Below are positions 1 to 13,002 of a stretch of DNA of 64,000 nucleotides, piece after piece. Location: NCBI GenBank assembly GCA_024704765.1, contig JAKMXF010000122.1:581068-645067 (forward strand), in the 5' to 3' direction. How positions within the stretch are numbered: position 1 is the stretch's first letter; every line of letters begins with the position of its first letter. A program made the translations under genes and the position numbers. The stretch is from Oopsacas minuta. Lineage: Eukaryota > Animalia > Porifera. The notes under the pieces are model-generated. The model was not told where the DNA came from and searched no databases. It saw only the letters and a program-made list of their open reading frames with translations.

Positions 1-779
1 TAACTTAACCCAATGGACACTTCTAAAATCTAAATCGCTTTTTGTCTTATGTCAATCTTCTGGCTTGTTTTTAAGTACATTTTTTGTTTCCCGAGGGGTA
101 CGTCTAATCCAAGTCATAATGTTTATATTCCATTACACTTTCCGATAAAAGATCCGAAATATTTGTGTTCACTTGTCTACTATTAATGTTGCAGCCAATT
201 GCCGAAATTAGTTGCGCAAATAAATTAGGCAATATACTGCAGATATCAGTTAATTATGACTACATTTATATTTAATTATTACGAAGTATTCATTACATAA
301 AATTAGCTAAATCTATCCTTACATTTGGATGATAATGAACTCCGTTATGATCTATATATATGGATCCAAATGGGTTATTAGGTGGTGATTCTAGCGTATC
401 GATCATCGATCAATTTTTTACCACTCCCAGAAAATACCATCCATTTATTCCCATATCAGAATTATGTAATCGCTAACATTCCTACAATTAATTACAGATC
501 GTGGAAATATGTTGCAAAAAACTTATTACATTCTTCCTTCAAATTTCCAATCAAATATTCTTCAATTAAAGTATTTTATGGAAATTGGCAATACTCTCTG
601 TGAGACAATATGAGAGAGAATGTTGAACATACTTATCTCGTGCTCGATATAAAATAGGTGAACTCGACAATTTTCAAATTTACATTCTGCTTTTGCTCGT
701 AGGAAAGGGCTGTTTACCTTACGACTATCAGTTTTTTCAACCAATAAGATCTGAACTTTAATGCACACGCAATATTTAT

Positions 780-2336
780 GTCATGGAATTTGTCTGCAAA
801 AATCTTGGTCCAATTGCTCACTAAAGACGTTCTATCATTAGAATCGGTAATACAAATACTATGCCATTCAGAAAATTCAAAATGGAACTCCCACTCTCAG
901 AACTTGTATTAGTTACAATGTTGATCTCAGAGCCGACTTCTATCAACTGATTCGGTATTTCCTCGGATTCTACACTACAAGTAATGCTGTAAGACTAGAG
1001 AATAGGAACAGGTTCTGTAACTTTACAGTATACTCGATTCGTTACATATTCAGCATATATGTATTTTCTAATATGGTGATGCCATGAGTGTCAAACTCAT
1101 TCCTCCGATCGAAAACACTTCTAATGAAGACACTTAAAATTTCTCCAACTAAAAACACATAATTCTTTCCGAACATATGAAAGACTAAACTATTTCAGGC
1201 TGTGTCAGAACTAACGACAAAACTAGCGGTGGACTACACCCAACAAAGCTTTTAGAATACGTATCTGAAATTATATTAATGAACTCAAGACACTCATCAA
1301 TATAACAGGCTTCAGTTAATTGCAACCACCCTGGAACACTTTGTGAACAATTTAACCCATAAAACCTCGCACCGTCTACCCACAACTGAGATTCAGTGGT
1401 ATTAAACAAGTAAAACAAATTAGGACTTTCGCTTAATTCACTATCAGTTACACAATCGGAATCTCTCTTCATTTAGCTTATATAAAGCTAAATCAGAAGC
1501 TGAAGAACCACACACAATAAGTGAATTGAAGATCCATTATATCGAATTCACCAAACGATGAAACTGAATCTGAAGGCTCAACTAAGCTTGTAGCTACATC
1601 CTTAACAATGGCAGAAGTTACTAGTGATGCTCTCCTAGTAATATCTATCTTATTAAGACTGAAACTCACTTGAATCTGTTCCTCTGAGGTAAGGGACTAA
1701 CTGAACAATCCAAAGGATTATTTTCTAGTCAAAGAATCTCTCACAATTCACTGAATATTAATATTGCACGAGTTGTTTTCCACTTTAGGTTTAGTATATG
1801 TTTTTCATCAAGTCTATTGTAAGAGTAGACCGCCTTACAAATGGATCCCCAAATAGAGCTAGAAATTTTGTAGCTAACGGATAACTTACTGATCATAGCA
1901 TCGAAAGAACGAAAAGTAGAGATCAGTACACTTATCATTATCCTTGATTCTCTTGGCAATTTTAAAGGAAAAGAATGGGTAAGGCTGGCTCCCGTAAAGG
2001 TCCTGTTAACAGTATAGGTAGAAAATGAATACCATTATCTACTATATAAATACCATGCTCCGGATATTTACTTTGAGTAGGGGTGGTGTGTCCTGGATTG
2101 ATCTCGATGCCTCCAAGGATGAGGAGGATAGAGACAACACAAGCCAATAGAGTAGAAAACAGGATAGATGTAGTCGGTGTAGAAGAATTCATGTCAGATG
2201 ATGATCCGGAATGATTGGAGGATTTGCAGAGGGAGTGCATACCAATGCGAGCACGCCATAAATCAATAGAAATCATGATATTCACAGTTGGATCGCGGAT
2301 AAAGGAAAGTGCAAAAGCAAGAGAAAGAAGTTTCAA
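780..2336 (-). pseudogene. Degraded coding region of unknown origin with an N-terminal 2A-like motif (LLILGGIEINPGH)
   Basis: Chain of frameshifted minus-strand ORF pieces (1962-2336, 1741-1959, 1185-1472). The motif at 2088-2126 resembles D(V/I)ExNPGP. No downstream domain recognised. Confidence 0.3.
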
Positions 2337-3289
2337 AATACAAAGAGCAAAGATGAAAAACGAAAGCTGAAGTTCAAAATAAGTTCATGAATTATGAAGC
2401 AATTATATATTTATTGTCTAAAGGATATTTCGTACTTCGTAGGTTACCCAAAATGGAAATAAACAAAGTAGTGTGAAACATTTGAAATTGGAACTAGCAA
2501 TGATGTACCATGGAATGCTATGGATGTTGGAAACAGTCATCGTGTAGGCTTGCAAGATGATAACGATAGTCTATGCAGCGGCTTCAGTATTGTAGAGTCT
2601 GAAGAAATTGAGAGAAAATAGATACTTTGAAAAGATTAAAAAGTAATAAAAACTACTAGCTACCCCCTGTTTTTCTTTAAGAAATTGAATTATAGAATAC
2701 GATAGAAGGTATCTGTAAAGTTTGAGGTGATTCTGGTGGTAAATAATTACGAGAATTGACTTCAAAGTTGGAGTTCGTATTACACAAAAACTGTGAATTT
2801 AATGATTTTTAGAATACTGTTGTTGGTGCTAATTTTTTGGTATTTCACGATAATATTGATATCGTTAGAAACGTTCACATCTCAACTATCGATTAGTATA
2901 AAAATATTTTAGATTCAGTATAGTAAAGGTTAAGAAACAACAGTTTGAACTGACCCTACTTTATATATATCTAATCCATTCCCCCCTCAACACTCACTTC
3001 CAATTTCAACTTTGAAATCTTATAGCTCAACGAGTTGTAGGAATTTTAGAATGAAATTTAATTTACATAAATGTCCGTGAATTTCAGAATCAAATTCGAA
3101 TGAAGTTAAATACATGCACACTATGACAAAAACGTGAGTAAAAAGTAAAATTTTGAAAATTATTTATATTGCTAAAACGTCCAATAATGCTTCATCGAAT
3201 GATACCAATTACGTGTGGATCAGAGGTGTACAGGTGAGTAAAATTAGAGATTGAAGTTTACATGGTCGAATACTAGGCTAACTTCACTC

Positions 3290-4209
3290 TCGTAAAGTAA
3301 ATCCTAGTAAATCGAACAAATTCCATCAAAAAATGTATTCGAACACAAAGTAATTCATAATTGTAAACCATTTTTTAAGTTTAGTTAACACAGTCTTTCT
3401 ATTGTGTTTTTGTGTTAAGTTAATGTGAATCATGATTCATTTCATGGGATTTGTGGGTTTTTGATAATATTGGTATTTCTTAGTACAGTGAAACCTCTGG
3501 ATTCGGGGAATGCGGGATACTGGGAAAATTTCTGACGCCCCGATTGTGGAAATTCCCCGATTCTGGATTTCAGTGAGGTATTGTGTCAAAATCACCATTT
3601 TCCGTATATATGTAGTTCATATTATGTCATCCTATTGTTTCTTATTGCTAGTCAAACTGTAACGTTAAAATATTTCATTCTGCTACATATTGTTTATCCA
3701 GAACACCTCTCTAAGGTTAAAATTTCACTTACGTAGCATCTATATTGTGTTTTATTCGATAGTTATTGCGAAAATAAAAGTTCACTGAGTTGATTTCAGT
3801 ATTGATACCCCGATTGCGTAGGGGATTTTAGTATTAGTTCTATGCAAGCTGAAAGAATTAGATTTTCAGGGTTTGCCCCGATTCCTCGATTGTCGCTATT
3901 TCCCCGATTCCAGAGGTTCATTTGTATGGGGAAATATTTTCGCGAAATTCAATGCCCCGATTTCAGAGGTTTCACTGTAAAATAATTACCATTATTGAAG
4001 GTGAACTTTGATTGCGTCATTGTGGTTAAAGTATCTTGGAAAGCAGGTTCAAAAGTATTCTAGATGTCTCCACCATATGTGGAAACCTATATACAGTTGA
4101 ATTTGTAATGATAACTGCAATCATTCATGATCAAACAGAATATAATCAATGGCCTGGAAATTATTTTGGCAATTCCTTGCTTAGCTAGCCGTGTATATAG
4201 TAGGCTATG
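3290..4209 (-). mobile_element. Foldback family A copy, 5'-truncated, interrupted by MITE 3486-3977
   Basis: Shares arm (..CTTAGCTAGCCGTGTATATAGTAGGCTATG) and internal sequence with the complete copies. Confidence 0.75.
3486..3977. mobile_element. pogo/Tigger-like MITE (492 bp)
   Basis: 14-bp TIR CAGTGAAACCTCTG at both ends, TA on both sides, internal CCCCGATT repeats. Confidence 0.85.
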
Positions 4210-6124
4210 CTAGGACCCTATATTTAGTTTATTTTAAAAACTTATTATATCAGTCTAGTGTATTATGATTTTGATTAGTTTCAAACAGGGTCCTAGAAAT
4301 AATGCTAGGACCCCAGGGTCCTGAGAATAACTCCCTATATATACAGTAAACTTCGGATTTAACGACACACATTTGGGGAAGCTAAAAAGGAATTCGAAGT
4401 GTCATTATCTATCATGCCCCTATACCTGAAGTATGGTGCAGACAATACTGCCGGAGATGATATCTGGGTTGGAGAAAGTGTCGTTATTAGCGATTTATCG
4501 CTAAAACCGATGTTTTATCAGTTCGTTTTAACCAATTCCCACACCCAAATCGAGGGTTCAGCACCTTTTTGACCTCATAAAATGACACATTTTCCTTCAG
4601 TATTGGGGTAAGAGTATAGATAGAGTTAACATCCTGTAACTAGCACCCATCTGCTCGAAAAACTGCCAGGAAAATATATTATATGACGTCAAAATCTCGT
4701 TATTGGTAGGAGAATTGGTAGAGTTCTTTTCGTTACGAATGTATCACAGTGGTTTGAGGCACGGAATAGGGAAAATATTCATAGTAATGGAATTCTGTTT
4801 TTGATATAACCATTAATTATTTACTAGCAATCCAAAAATAAATGTGATTCAATGCCTATAGTGCATACACTGGCTTGTTAAAGTTTATGGAATTTACTTC
4901 ACGAAAACGTAGATTACGGTTTTAAAATATTCATCAAATTCTATCTGGCTGCATTGTATATATGTTCATAATTTCGATATCTATTCTTCCACAGCCTAAA
5001 TATAACATTTCCTCTTTCAATTTAAATGTTTAAATACTTGGAAAATAATTCCAACTTTCCAGATTTTATCCCTTTTTATTTTCCACAATAATTTATAAAA
5101 TTCGATTATTTCCTAAATTTGAAGAGGCCGCAAAAATGCAGATAGCATTAGATAGCTTAAAATTTTTCAAGTATGCAATATATTTGACATACTAAACTAT
5201 CTAAACGCGCTTCAATACGCAACTTAATTTTTATGTGTGAATTCCATTCTATATTTCCCGGTATTAGGGATCTAGTTATGTTATTTTCTATTATGATAAA
5301 TAATGTATCGACCACTTCATTACAATAAGTGTATTCGTTCAAAAGTAGTTAGATATTTAAATACAAACAATGATACATTAATCAATGGAAGAACGAAAAA
5401 AATCCACGAAAACGTCGTGATTTAGCTAATATTCTGAGAGTGAAGGACAATAAACTTCCCGATACAGTCTTAAATATTGATCAAGATTTGAGAAGGTCAG
5501 TTACTTCGTATAAATTGTTCAAGTTAATCTGAAAAAATCAAAAAATCAACAGATCAATTAATAAATGAATGGTGGACTTCAGAAATAACTCGGGAACCAT
5601 TGCGATCTCTACTATAAATATATACAGTAAAATTTAACCTATATGGTGTGTATTCTTATATAGTGTATTCCTATTCCCTGTAGATAGTGAGTGGGTAGTG
5701 TGATATCTTGGACCAATATATAGAATAATATTCCTATATACTTGTAGTATATTAATATATAATGTATACACTATATAGGAAAGGATTCCCTATAATTCAT
5801 TTTTAGATTGAATCCGAATATACACAGTGTAATTGAATTAGCGTAAGAGTGAATATAACTACATGGATCCTCTCAATTGATGACCAGTGGGCAGTGGGGT
5901 CCGAATCGAAGCGAATATTTAGATAAACATGGACAATTACAAAATTCTAAACGAATAACGATACGGGATTTATGTATGGTAAGTAGACAATTAGAGAGGA
6001 CCAGCCGACCCACTGTACATAAATACAAAATTAACAAATAAGTATAACCAATTTGATAAAAATCTATTCATAACAGCCAATAATGCTCAAATACTCCTCG
6101 CAACAACCACGGGGTGGCCAAGAA

Positions 6125-6300
6125 GTACAGATTTTGACAATGTTAGTCTTGTATAAGTCACATTATTATCAAGTATTATATAATTTGCTTAACTGTGCTG
6201 AGATTTCTCATTAACAATTCGGGAAAGGAGATCAAGGAGTAAATCCTAAAGGCCGTCAGAACTAGTGTTTTGATGCAAAATATTTATTGCAGAAATCAGC
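6125..6300. repeat. Interspersed repeat, inverted copy at ~13890-14030
   Basis: GATTTTGACA..TGCTGAGATTTCTCATTAACA..TGTTTTGATG..ATATTTATTGCAGAAAT matches the reverse complement of 13890-14030. Confidence 0.6.
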
Positions 6301-7002
6301 CTAATAGAAATTACAGCATCAAAAATTGAGTTTGAACGTATAATAAGTATTATAAAATACGTATTATACGTAATAGGTCTTCAATGAATGACGCATTAAA
6401 CAACTGAGAATGAACCGATATCTTAAATGGGATCGAATATTGGGCGTGTGAAAACTCGGTGTTATGATTGTAGAAGACTACCAAAATAGAGAAACTTTAA
6501 GATATTTGAACATAAGGGACACAGCATATAATTTTCACATCTAACTCAAATCATTAATATATTAGCCAACCCGCAAGTCAGTATTAATTTTTTGGGTTCA
6601 TAATTCACATTAATATAACGAATAATTGATATCAAGCAAGAGACGAAAATTCTAGGCAAAGAATTTTCGTGCGAAGAATATTCCGCCATTCATCGTAATA
6701 GTGTATAGGAATAAGCAAAAATATTATATTTAACGCCAGCGCCTTTATATTAACAACAATTAGATAAAAATCCAAATATAAATTAGAGCAGGGTTGTCCA
6801 AAGGCGGCCCCCAGACAATTGTAACTCAATTATACCCAGGACAAATTTTTGCTCACAACTACGCTCCCAAAAATCAACGATCAACGTTGCTAATTTTACC
6901 AATAATATAGAATCTAATAAAGACAATGTTTATGAGAATGTATTTCCTAAATTGGATAATTTTCAATCTGAAATTATTGTATTATGTAATCATACAAATA
7001 TA

Positions 7003-8293
7003 CTTAGGGCATTCAAAAAGTTCCCATCTTTGTTAAATATCTTGACACTACAACAACTTACTAAATAAATTTCTACATAAAATGTTCCAAATACTCCCCT
7101 TCTAGATCAATGAATAGTTGCAGCCTTTCAACCTAATTCGAAAATGTTTTTATACTCGTCTCTGTTCACAGAATTGAAGTAGTGGTAAATTCCGTTTCTA
7201 GCTATTGTCGGATAAGAAATGCCGTCCTCCGAGAAGGATTTTCAGCTCAGGAAATAGCCAGAAATGATAAGATGGTAGTCCTGGGAAAGGGGAGATGTTC
7301 CATCGTTACAAATCCGATATTTTCAATGACTTCTCAACAATTTATAGTGCAGAATTTTTATTCATCGTGTTCCTGGAGGCGGACGTAGTGTTTAATAGAC
7401 TTTCTGGATATCTCAGGCATTTAACTGCGTAAAATTCTCCATTGAGTCGTTCTCCTTTAGGGACAGGTCCATACGAATAAAAAAATATGCTGTAGAGAAC
7501 CTTATCGTCTCGGAGTACGACGTGCCTTTTCGGGGAATAAGAACCTTCTGGGAGATACGATTTTCTTCGTTCTTTACACAGTGGTGCAGAAAATTTAATC
7601 CAAGTTTCGTCACCAGTAACGATTTCATTTAACCTTCGAGAATCACAATCTCTATATTGTTTAAGCAATTCATTCGTGTATGAAACCCTCTTTTCCTTTT
7701 GCCACTTTGTGATGATTTTTGGTATACATCGAGCTGAAATCTTTCGATATTCGAGAAAATCGTGTAGAATTGAATGAACACTTCTTGATGAGATGTCCAG
7801 GAGTAAGGCAATCTCTTCAACGCTCAAAATGGGGGTCAATATCCAAAAGTTACAGAATTTCAGAGGCAATTTCAGGGGTAATAGCGGAAATTGGTCTTCT
7901 GCTCCGAGGGGTATCTTCAATGCTGCCCCTACCAGCCTTAAATTTACGTGCCCATTCCTTTACAGTGGAATACACTAAAGCTTCTTCATGATAAACGGTG
8001 ACGAGATTTTCATGTATCTGGAGTGGTTTGTCGCCGAGTACAGTACGAATCTGTATGTAAGCTCGTTGTTCGGTTTTGCTTGATATGTGTTTTGAAGGCA
8101 TGAAAAAGTTTACTCTCGAAAATAGGTAAAATTGAAAGTAGGATAGTTCAAGAAATATTATAGCTAGAGTGAAATGCTCAACAACATTAAATAGGTAATC
8201 GATAGGACTATTAGGATATACTATGCATTTCATGTAATCGAGTAAAGTTTGGCTGCAATAAACTAAGGATGGTATCTTTTTGAATGCCCCAAG
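7003..8293 (-). mobile_element. mariner element, degenerate (1291 bp)
   Basis: Imperfect TIR CTT(A/G)GGGCATTCAAAAA..CCATC with TA flanks. Transposase remnants inside. Confidence 0.9.
7073..8101 (-). pseudogene. mariner transposase pseudogene
   Basis: HTH region (EQRAYIQIR..WARKFKAGR), RKISARCIPK and IVTGDETW are present. Frameshifts, stops and internal deletions. Confidence 0.88.
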
Positions 8294-8766
8294 TAATTAT
8301 GTTAAACATTGGTCTGGAATCAATAGCTGAGATAATTTGAACGCTTGACTTGTCTCTATCTGGACACTATTATGAAGGTCTCGGGAACGAAGAAATTTAA
8401 TCGTGTTCACATCAAAATCCTTCAAAGTTCAGGATGTCAACATGTCATTTCATAAAGGACATTTAAGGAAATGTTGCGAAGTGCCAATCCGAAGTCACAT
8501 CGATACCCAAGATTCTCACAATATGTCAGTTAGATTTAGCATCTTTACATAGATATTAGCAGACAATGAGACAAAAAACCGAGATTATTTACACATCAAG
8601 TCCGATATTCATGAGACTCCGATTTTCTCGTGATATTCGGCATCTCTGATTGTGATTACTTAGTTGGTCCACATACATTCAATATTGAACAACTAATCTG
8701 TGTGTATATATAAATTTATAGTAACTTACAAGTGATTGAATGTAATTTCAGATCTAATTAACTAAC

Positions 8767-9016
8767 CGAAAACTGGTGTGTTGTCATTAACATCCAAAAT
8801 CGTAATAGTAACTGCTTTTGAAACTTCACGGGGATTTAAGGCGTTATCATCAGCTCTAACAATTAAGACATAACTAGGGTAAACTTCAAAGTCAGGAAGA
8901 TTATTAGTGGTGAAAATTTCGCCAGTATTGGCATCTATTCGAAACACACTATCATAGTTTCCATCGATAATAGAAAAAGTAATTACATTACTTGTGTCCA
9001 AATCTCCAGCACAAAC
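8767..9016 (-). CDS. Cadherin-repeat gene, sixth exon (250 bp, phase 0/1)
   Basis: Acceptor CTTTTTAG and donor GTTAGT. Encodes VCAGDLD..FSIIDGN..FRIDANTGEI..PDFE..LDVNDNTPVF. Confidence 0.92.
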
Positions 9017-9414
9017 CTAAAAAGTAGTGCATGGGAGGGTTAAATTTCGTGAAAAGACATACAGTTAGATTGGTTTATCAAGCAAACTCTGTTTTCAGGC
9101 CATAATGTTGGTAAATATAAAAGAAATTCATAAATGCACGTATCTGTACACAGCCCTTGGGCCCATCTTTAACTACAGTAGAAGCTTGTTTATATGTACA
9201 CGAGCGGACCTTCGAAACTTGTACTTCTTATACGAAGTAGGTATTATCCGGAGCTATATCAATTGAAAATATTGTAGGGACCTGATATTGATTAAATATT
9301 TGTTCGTATTAACGAGATTCTCAGAAGGGACCTAGGATATTAAATGTGAGCGTAGTGAGCATTGGTAGACTTGGGGAATCTGGAGGCTGTATCTTGTATT
9401 GCTCATAACTCGAG

Positions 9415-10125
9415 CAGGGACGCACCAAGATTTTTCAGCTAGGTGGGCAAATAAATTACCAGGGGGCACGAATTTAGCAGGACGTTATAATGCAAACAGA
9501 TCAAATACCTTTGTTGGGTCAAGATGGTTTGAATCTTGAAACAACTTCTCATAACTGCGCAATACACATTTTGGTTGATAATTTCCGATAGGCTTTGTGA
9601 TTTACGTACATGAATAAGATGGATGCATTCCATGGTTCTCCCTAGGAATTTGTTAAAGGTATATTGAGTTATGTGGTCATGTGTCTCGAACCCAGCCATT
9701 GCTCAATGTCAATGTTATATTCAGGCAAAATAGTGGAATCTTTAAATAAACAACGAGAAGTTATTGGCATATTGATGGAGGCATCGAAAGGAAAATCTAC
9801 GGTAATCTTTGATAATATATTTTGTATAATCAATCTACCTCTTAAGGTGAATCGGCCGATAAGTCTTCAAAACTGAAGCGATACCGGAAGCGATATCGGG
9901 CATTTGCTCAGGGTAAAACATTCGAAAATAACACTTAGGTCGGTAGAACAATACAAGCTATATCCCTGATTTTTGGGTGAGATTAAATATTATTGAGTGT
10001 AAGATGAGAGCGAAGTGCAATGTTTTCAGTTTGAAATTTAAGCCAAGGGGCGCATTGCTCCAGGGTACGAAATTTTTGCCAAGGGTGGGCATTGCCCTCT
10101 ATGAGCTCCTATGGTAACGTCCCTG
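9415..10125. mobile_element. Possible hAT-type non-autonomous element
   Basis: 8-bp TIR CAGGGACG and GGGCA(A/T)TTGC-type subterminal repeats. No TSD found. Confidence 0.35.
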
Positions 10126-11705
10126 ACTTGTTGATGCCGCAATTCCTACACTCATAATGTCAAAATCGGCCTGTCCGTACCCAATTACCCTTGCCAACAT
10201 CTAGCTTGCTTTTGTATTTTACATAGAGAGATGTGAAAATATGATGAATCAAGAAAAAGGTGTGAAATATTCACTTTAGATAAATTCATGCTTGAGGTAC
10301 AAATCTCAGACCCAAAATGTATTTGTGTACAAACGGACGGCGGGGCACATCATCCATGCCACTAAGGCATCTCCCTATAGGAGCTGCATTAAAAACATGA
10401 AGAAAACTTCTCTGGAACCACAGATTCGGTTCACAATATGAAAATATTGATGATAAACGGATTCATATAAGCGACTCTGACTGTAGTATATATTTTGGAA
10501 ATACGAGCGTGAAACCGGACCTAATGCCCTAACCCTTTGGGGGGCAAATCCGGGCAGTAGATGTGTAGGTCCTGAACGTAAATACATTTGATGGTTCAAT
10601 TCAGAAAATTCGGGAGGGCAAGGGACATACTTGGTTCCATTCCCTAGATCAGCGTTTGGGAACTAGTACAACCAAGTATGTACTAAATATCAATAAAACG
10701 TATATTATATTATCATTGTACCAATATGCTGGGGAATATGAATGTCAGACACTTCGTAGCACGGACATTTCAAGGCAGAGAATTCACAATGGGCATAAAT
10801 TGGTGCATTAATTGGAATTGGAAAATATATAATCGCAACAATACCGAAACATATCATTCATAGCAAATCGATGGTAAAAAGCGATTGGAAACATCAAATT
10901 TTAGGTGTAAGAAATATTTGATATGTTTTTGGCAAGAATTGGACAGATTTGTAGGTATGAGATGTATGGTAATGTAATTTGTTGATATTGGTAATCCATG
11001 AGTTTTAACAATTGTATTCATAAAGGGACCATTTCCAGTGTGCAATTGCACTCCAAGCCATTCCAGGATATCAAAATCAGTTATGACACGACGTACATAT
11101 TCACAAACTATCAATTCCAATCAATACCAACCCACTTGGGCTGAATGAGAGTGACATATTTCATATTTTTTGGTCATTAATCCTTTTCAACACATCAAGA
11201 CAAATCTTTTAGTCTCTATCATCTAATATCAGTATAATAAAAGTAAAGAAGGACTTAATTAGAAATAATTATCTAATTAATACAGTTCGGAAAAATGGCG
11301 ATTATGGGGTAATAGGTACTTACACTGAAGATATATGTTAAAATGTTGTCATATATACTAAATCGACACTGTAGAATTCAAAAATGGCACCAGATTTTTA
11401 GTTGCACTTCTGGAAATGGTACTGTGACGTAATCTGTGGCATTCTGATAAAATTAATAATTATGGTTCAAGAATAAATGAGTTCTAAATTTGTGAGTGTT
11501 TTATACCATCTAGCCCTATTTAATGATAAACTTGAATAACAATGCGTATACTGAATTCATTTATGCATTGGATACTTCATAAAATGATACTAATGAATTA
11601 GAAATACAGTAATCATAAAATATTATAACGAAAATCAACATTTTTCTAAAAATACATTTCATCCGAAAGGGTGTTCCCCATACACTTGATGTCAAGAAAA
11701 GTATA

Positions 11706-13002
11706 CAGTCTGTCAACTTGAAATTGGGAAGATCTTTGTTTTTCCCTAGCTACAAGTACATTTAGTGTATTTCTATTCTAAATATGTTATTAGAATCCTT
11801 AAACAATCAATAATATAGTAGGCCTAATAATTTATCTTATTTCCGTACTAATTTGACTCTTATTGGCATCGATGACCAAAATGGACGTAAAAATTCATGT
11901 TCTAAAGAATTCCATACTTCATTTAGCTCCCTTTCCAGCTGATTTAAATTTCGTGGTGACTTCAAATCGATTTCTCTCTTGATCCACGACCAGAGGTTCT
12001 CGATCGGATTCAAATCCGGACTACAAGCAGACCAATCCATCCTATGTATCCCTTTCTCCTCCATGTATCCTTTAGCAAGGTTGCACGTGTGTTTGGGATC
12101 GTTGTCTTCCTGGAAAACCATCCATCAGGGTACAAGACACTTGCTTGTTCTACTAAACATTCGTGCAGAATGTCGCAGTAAAGTCGCCCGGTGAGATTTT
12201 CTCTGAAAACCTTGATAGGAAACGTTCCACGTGCTGAAAACGCTCCCCAAACATGCAATTTAGGAGAGTGTTTCGTACTGGGTTTTACTGGTTTCGAATC
12301 ACCTTTACACCAGACACATACTCTGCCACCAGCTAGCTAAATGGACATCTCATCGCTAAATATCACTTTCTCCCAATCTCTACATCTGTTAGACTTAGCC
12401 CAATCGACACGATAAGCCTTATGGGTTTGTGTAAGCATCGGAATCTTTCTAGCAACCTTGCGGGTGAAGCCACGCCGCTTCATCTCAATCCTTACAGCCT
12501 CGTGTGAGAACGATAGACCCCGCCTTTTGTTAAATTTGCAAGTCAACTTCCTCACAGATAATCTAGGATTGTTGATTGCCAAACTAACAAGTGATCTAGC
12601 GTTATTTGCTTTGATCTGACGCTGTTTCCCGGAACCCAATCTTTCTATCAACGGATTCAGCATTCCTCAATTTGTAAACAGTGCGATAAACTGTACTTTT
12701 TGGAACTCCAGTTCTTCGAGATAATTCCATACAATTCGTGATTCCTGTGTCGAAAAGTATCTTGATATTGTTACGAGAAATTCAAGTGATAAATATTTCT
12801 ATAGAATATTTGATTAGTAACTAAGTATAAATTGAAATATTTTGTAACCGCAGTTAGCTAGAGAAGTTCAGTTGGTTAAGAAATGACTAGAAATAGTTGA
12901 AAAACACAAACTATCAATATTAATACGATAAGCAATTTGAAAATGCAATTAGGAACATTCTAACATCGAAAAAGATTTTCCCAATTTCAAGTTGACAGAC
13001 TG
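11706..13002 (-). mobile_element. Tc1 (DD34E) element (1297 bp)
   Basis: TIR CAGTCTGTCAACTTGAAATTGGGAA (32 bp with 1 mismatch) and TA TSD. Confidence 0.93.
11837..12790 (-). pseudogene. Tc1 transposase pseudogene, DD34E
   Basis: VIFSDE..HVWGAFS..FQEDNDPKH-34 residues-NPIENLW. Contains a stop and frameshifts. The 5' limit is approximate. Confidence 0.9.

Noticed and set aside
4860-5342. Possible LINE 3' remnant (WNSHIK..)
   Set aside because: Only one weak motif, too degenerate to call.
1-8766. A further cadherin exon downstream of 8767
   Set aside because: No minus-strand cadherin motif with splice sites was found, so the next exon is probably outside the window. A short or non-cadherin exon could have been missed.
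10375-11120. ORFs of 74 and 88 aa
   Set aside because: No recognisable domain, splice pattern or flanking TIR pair.
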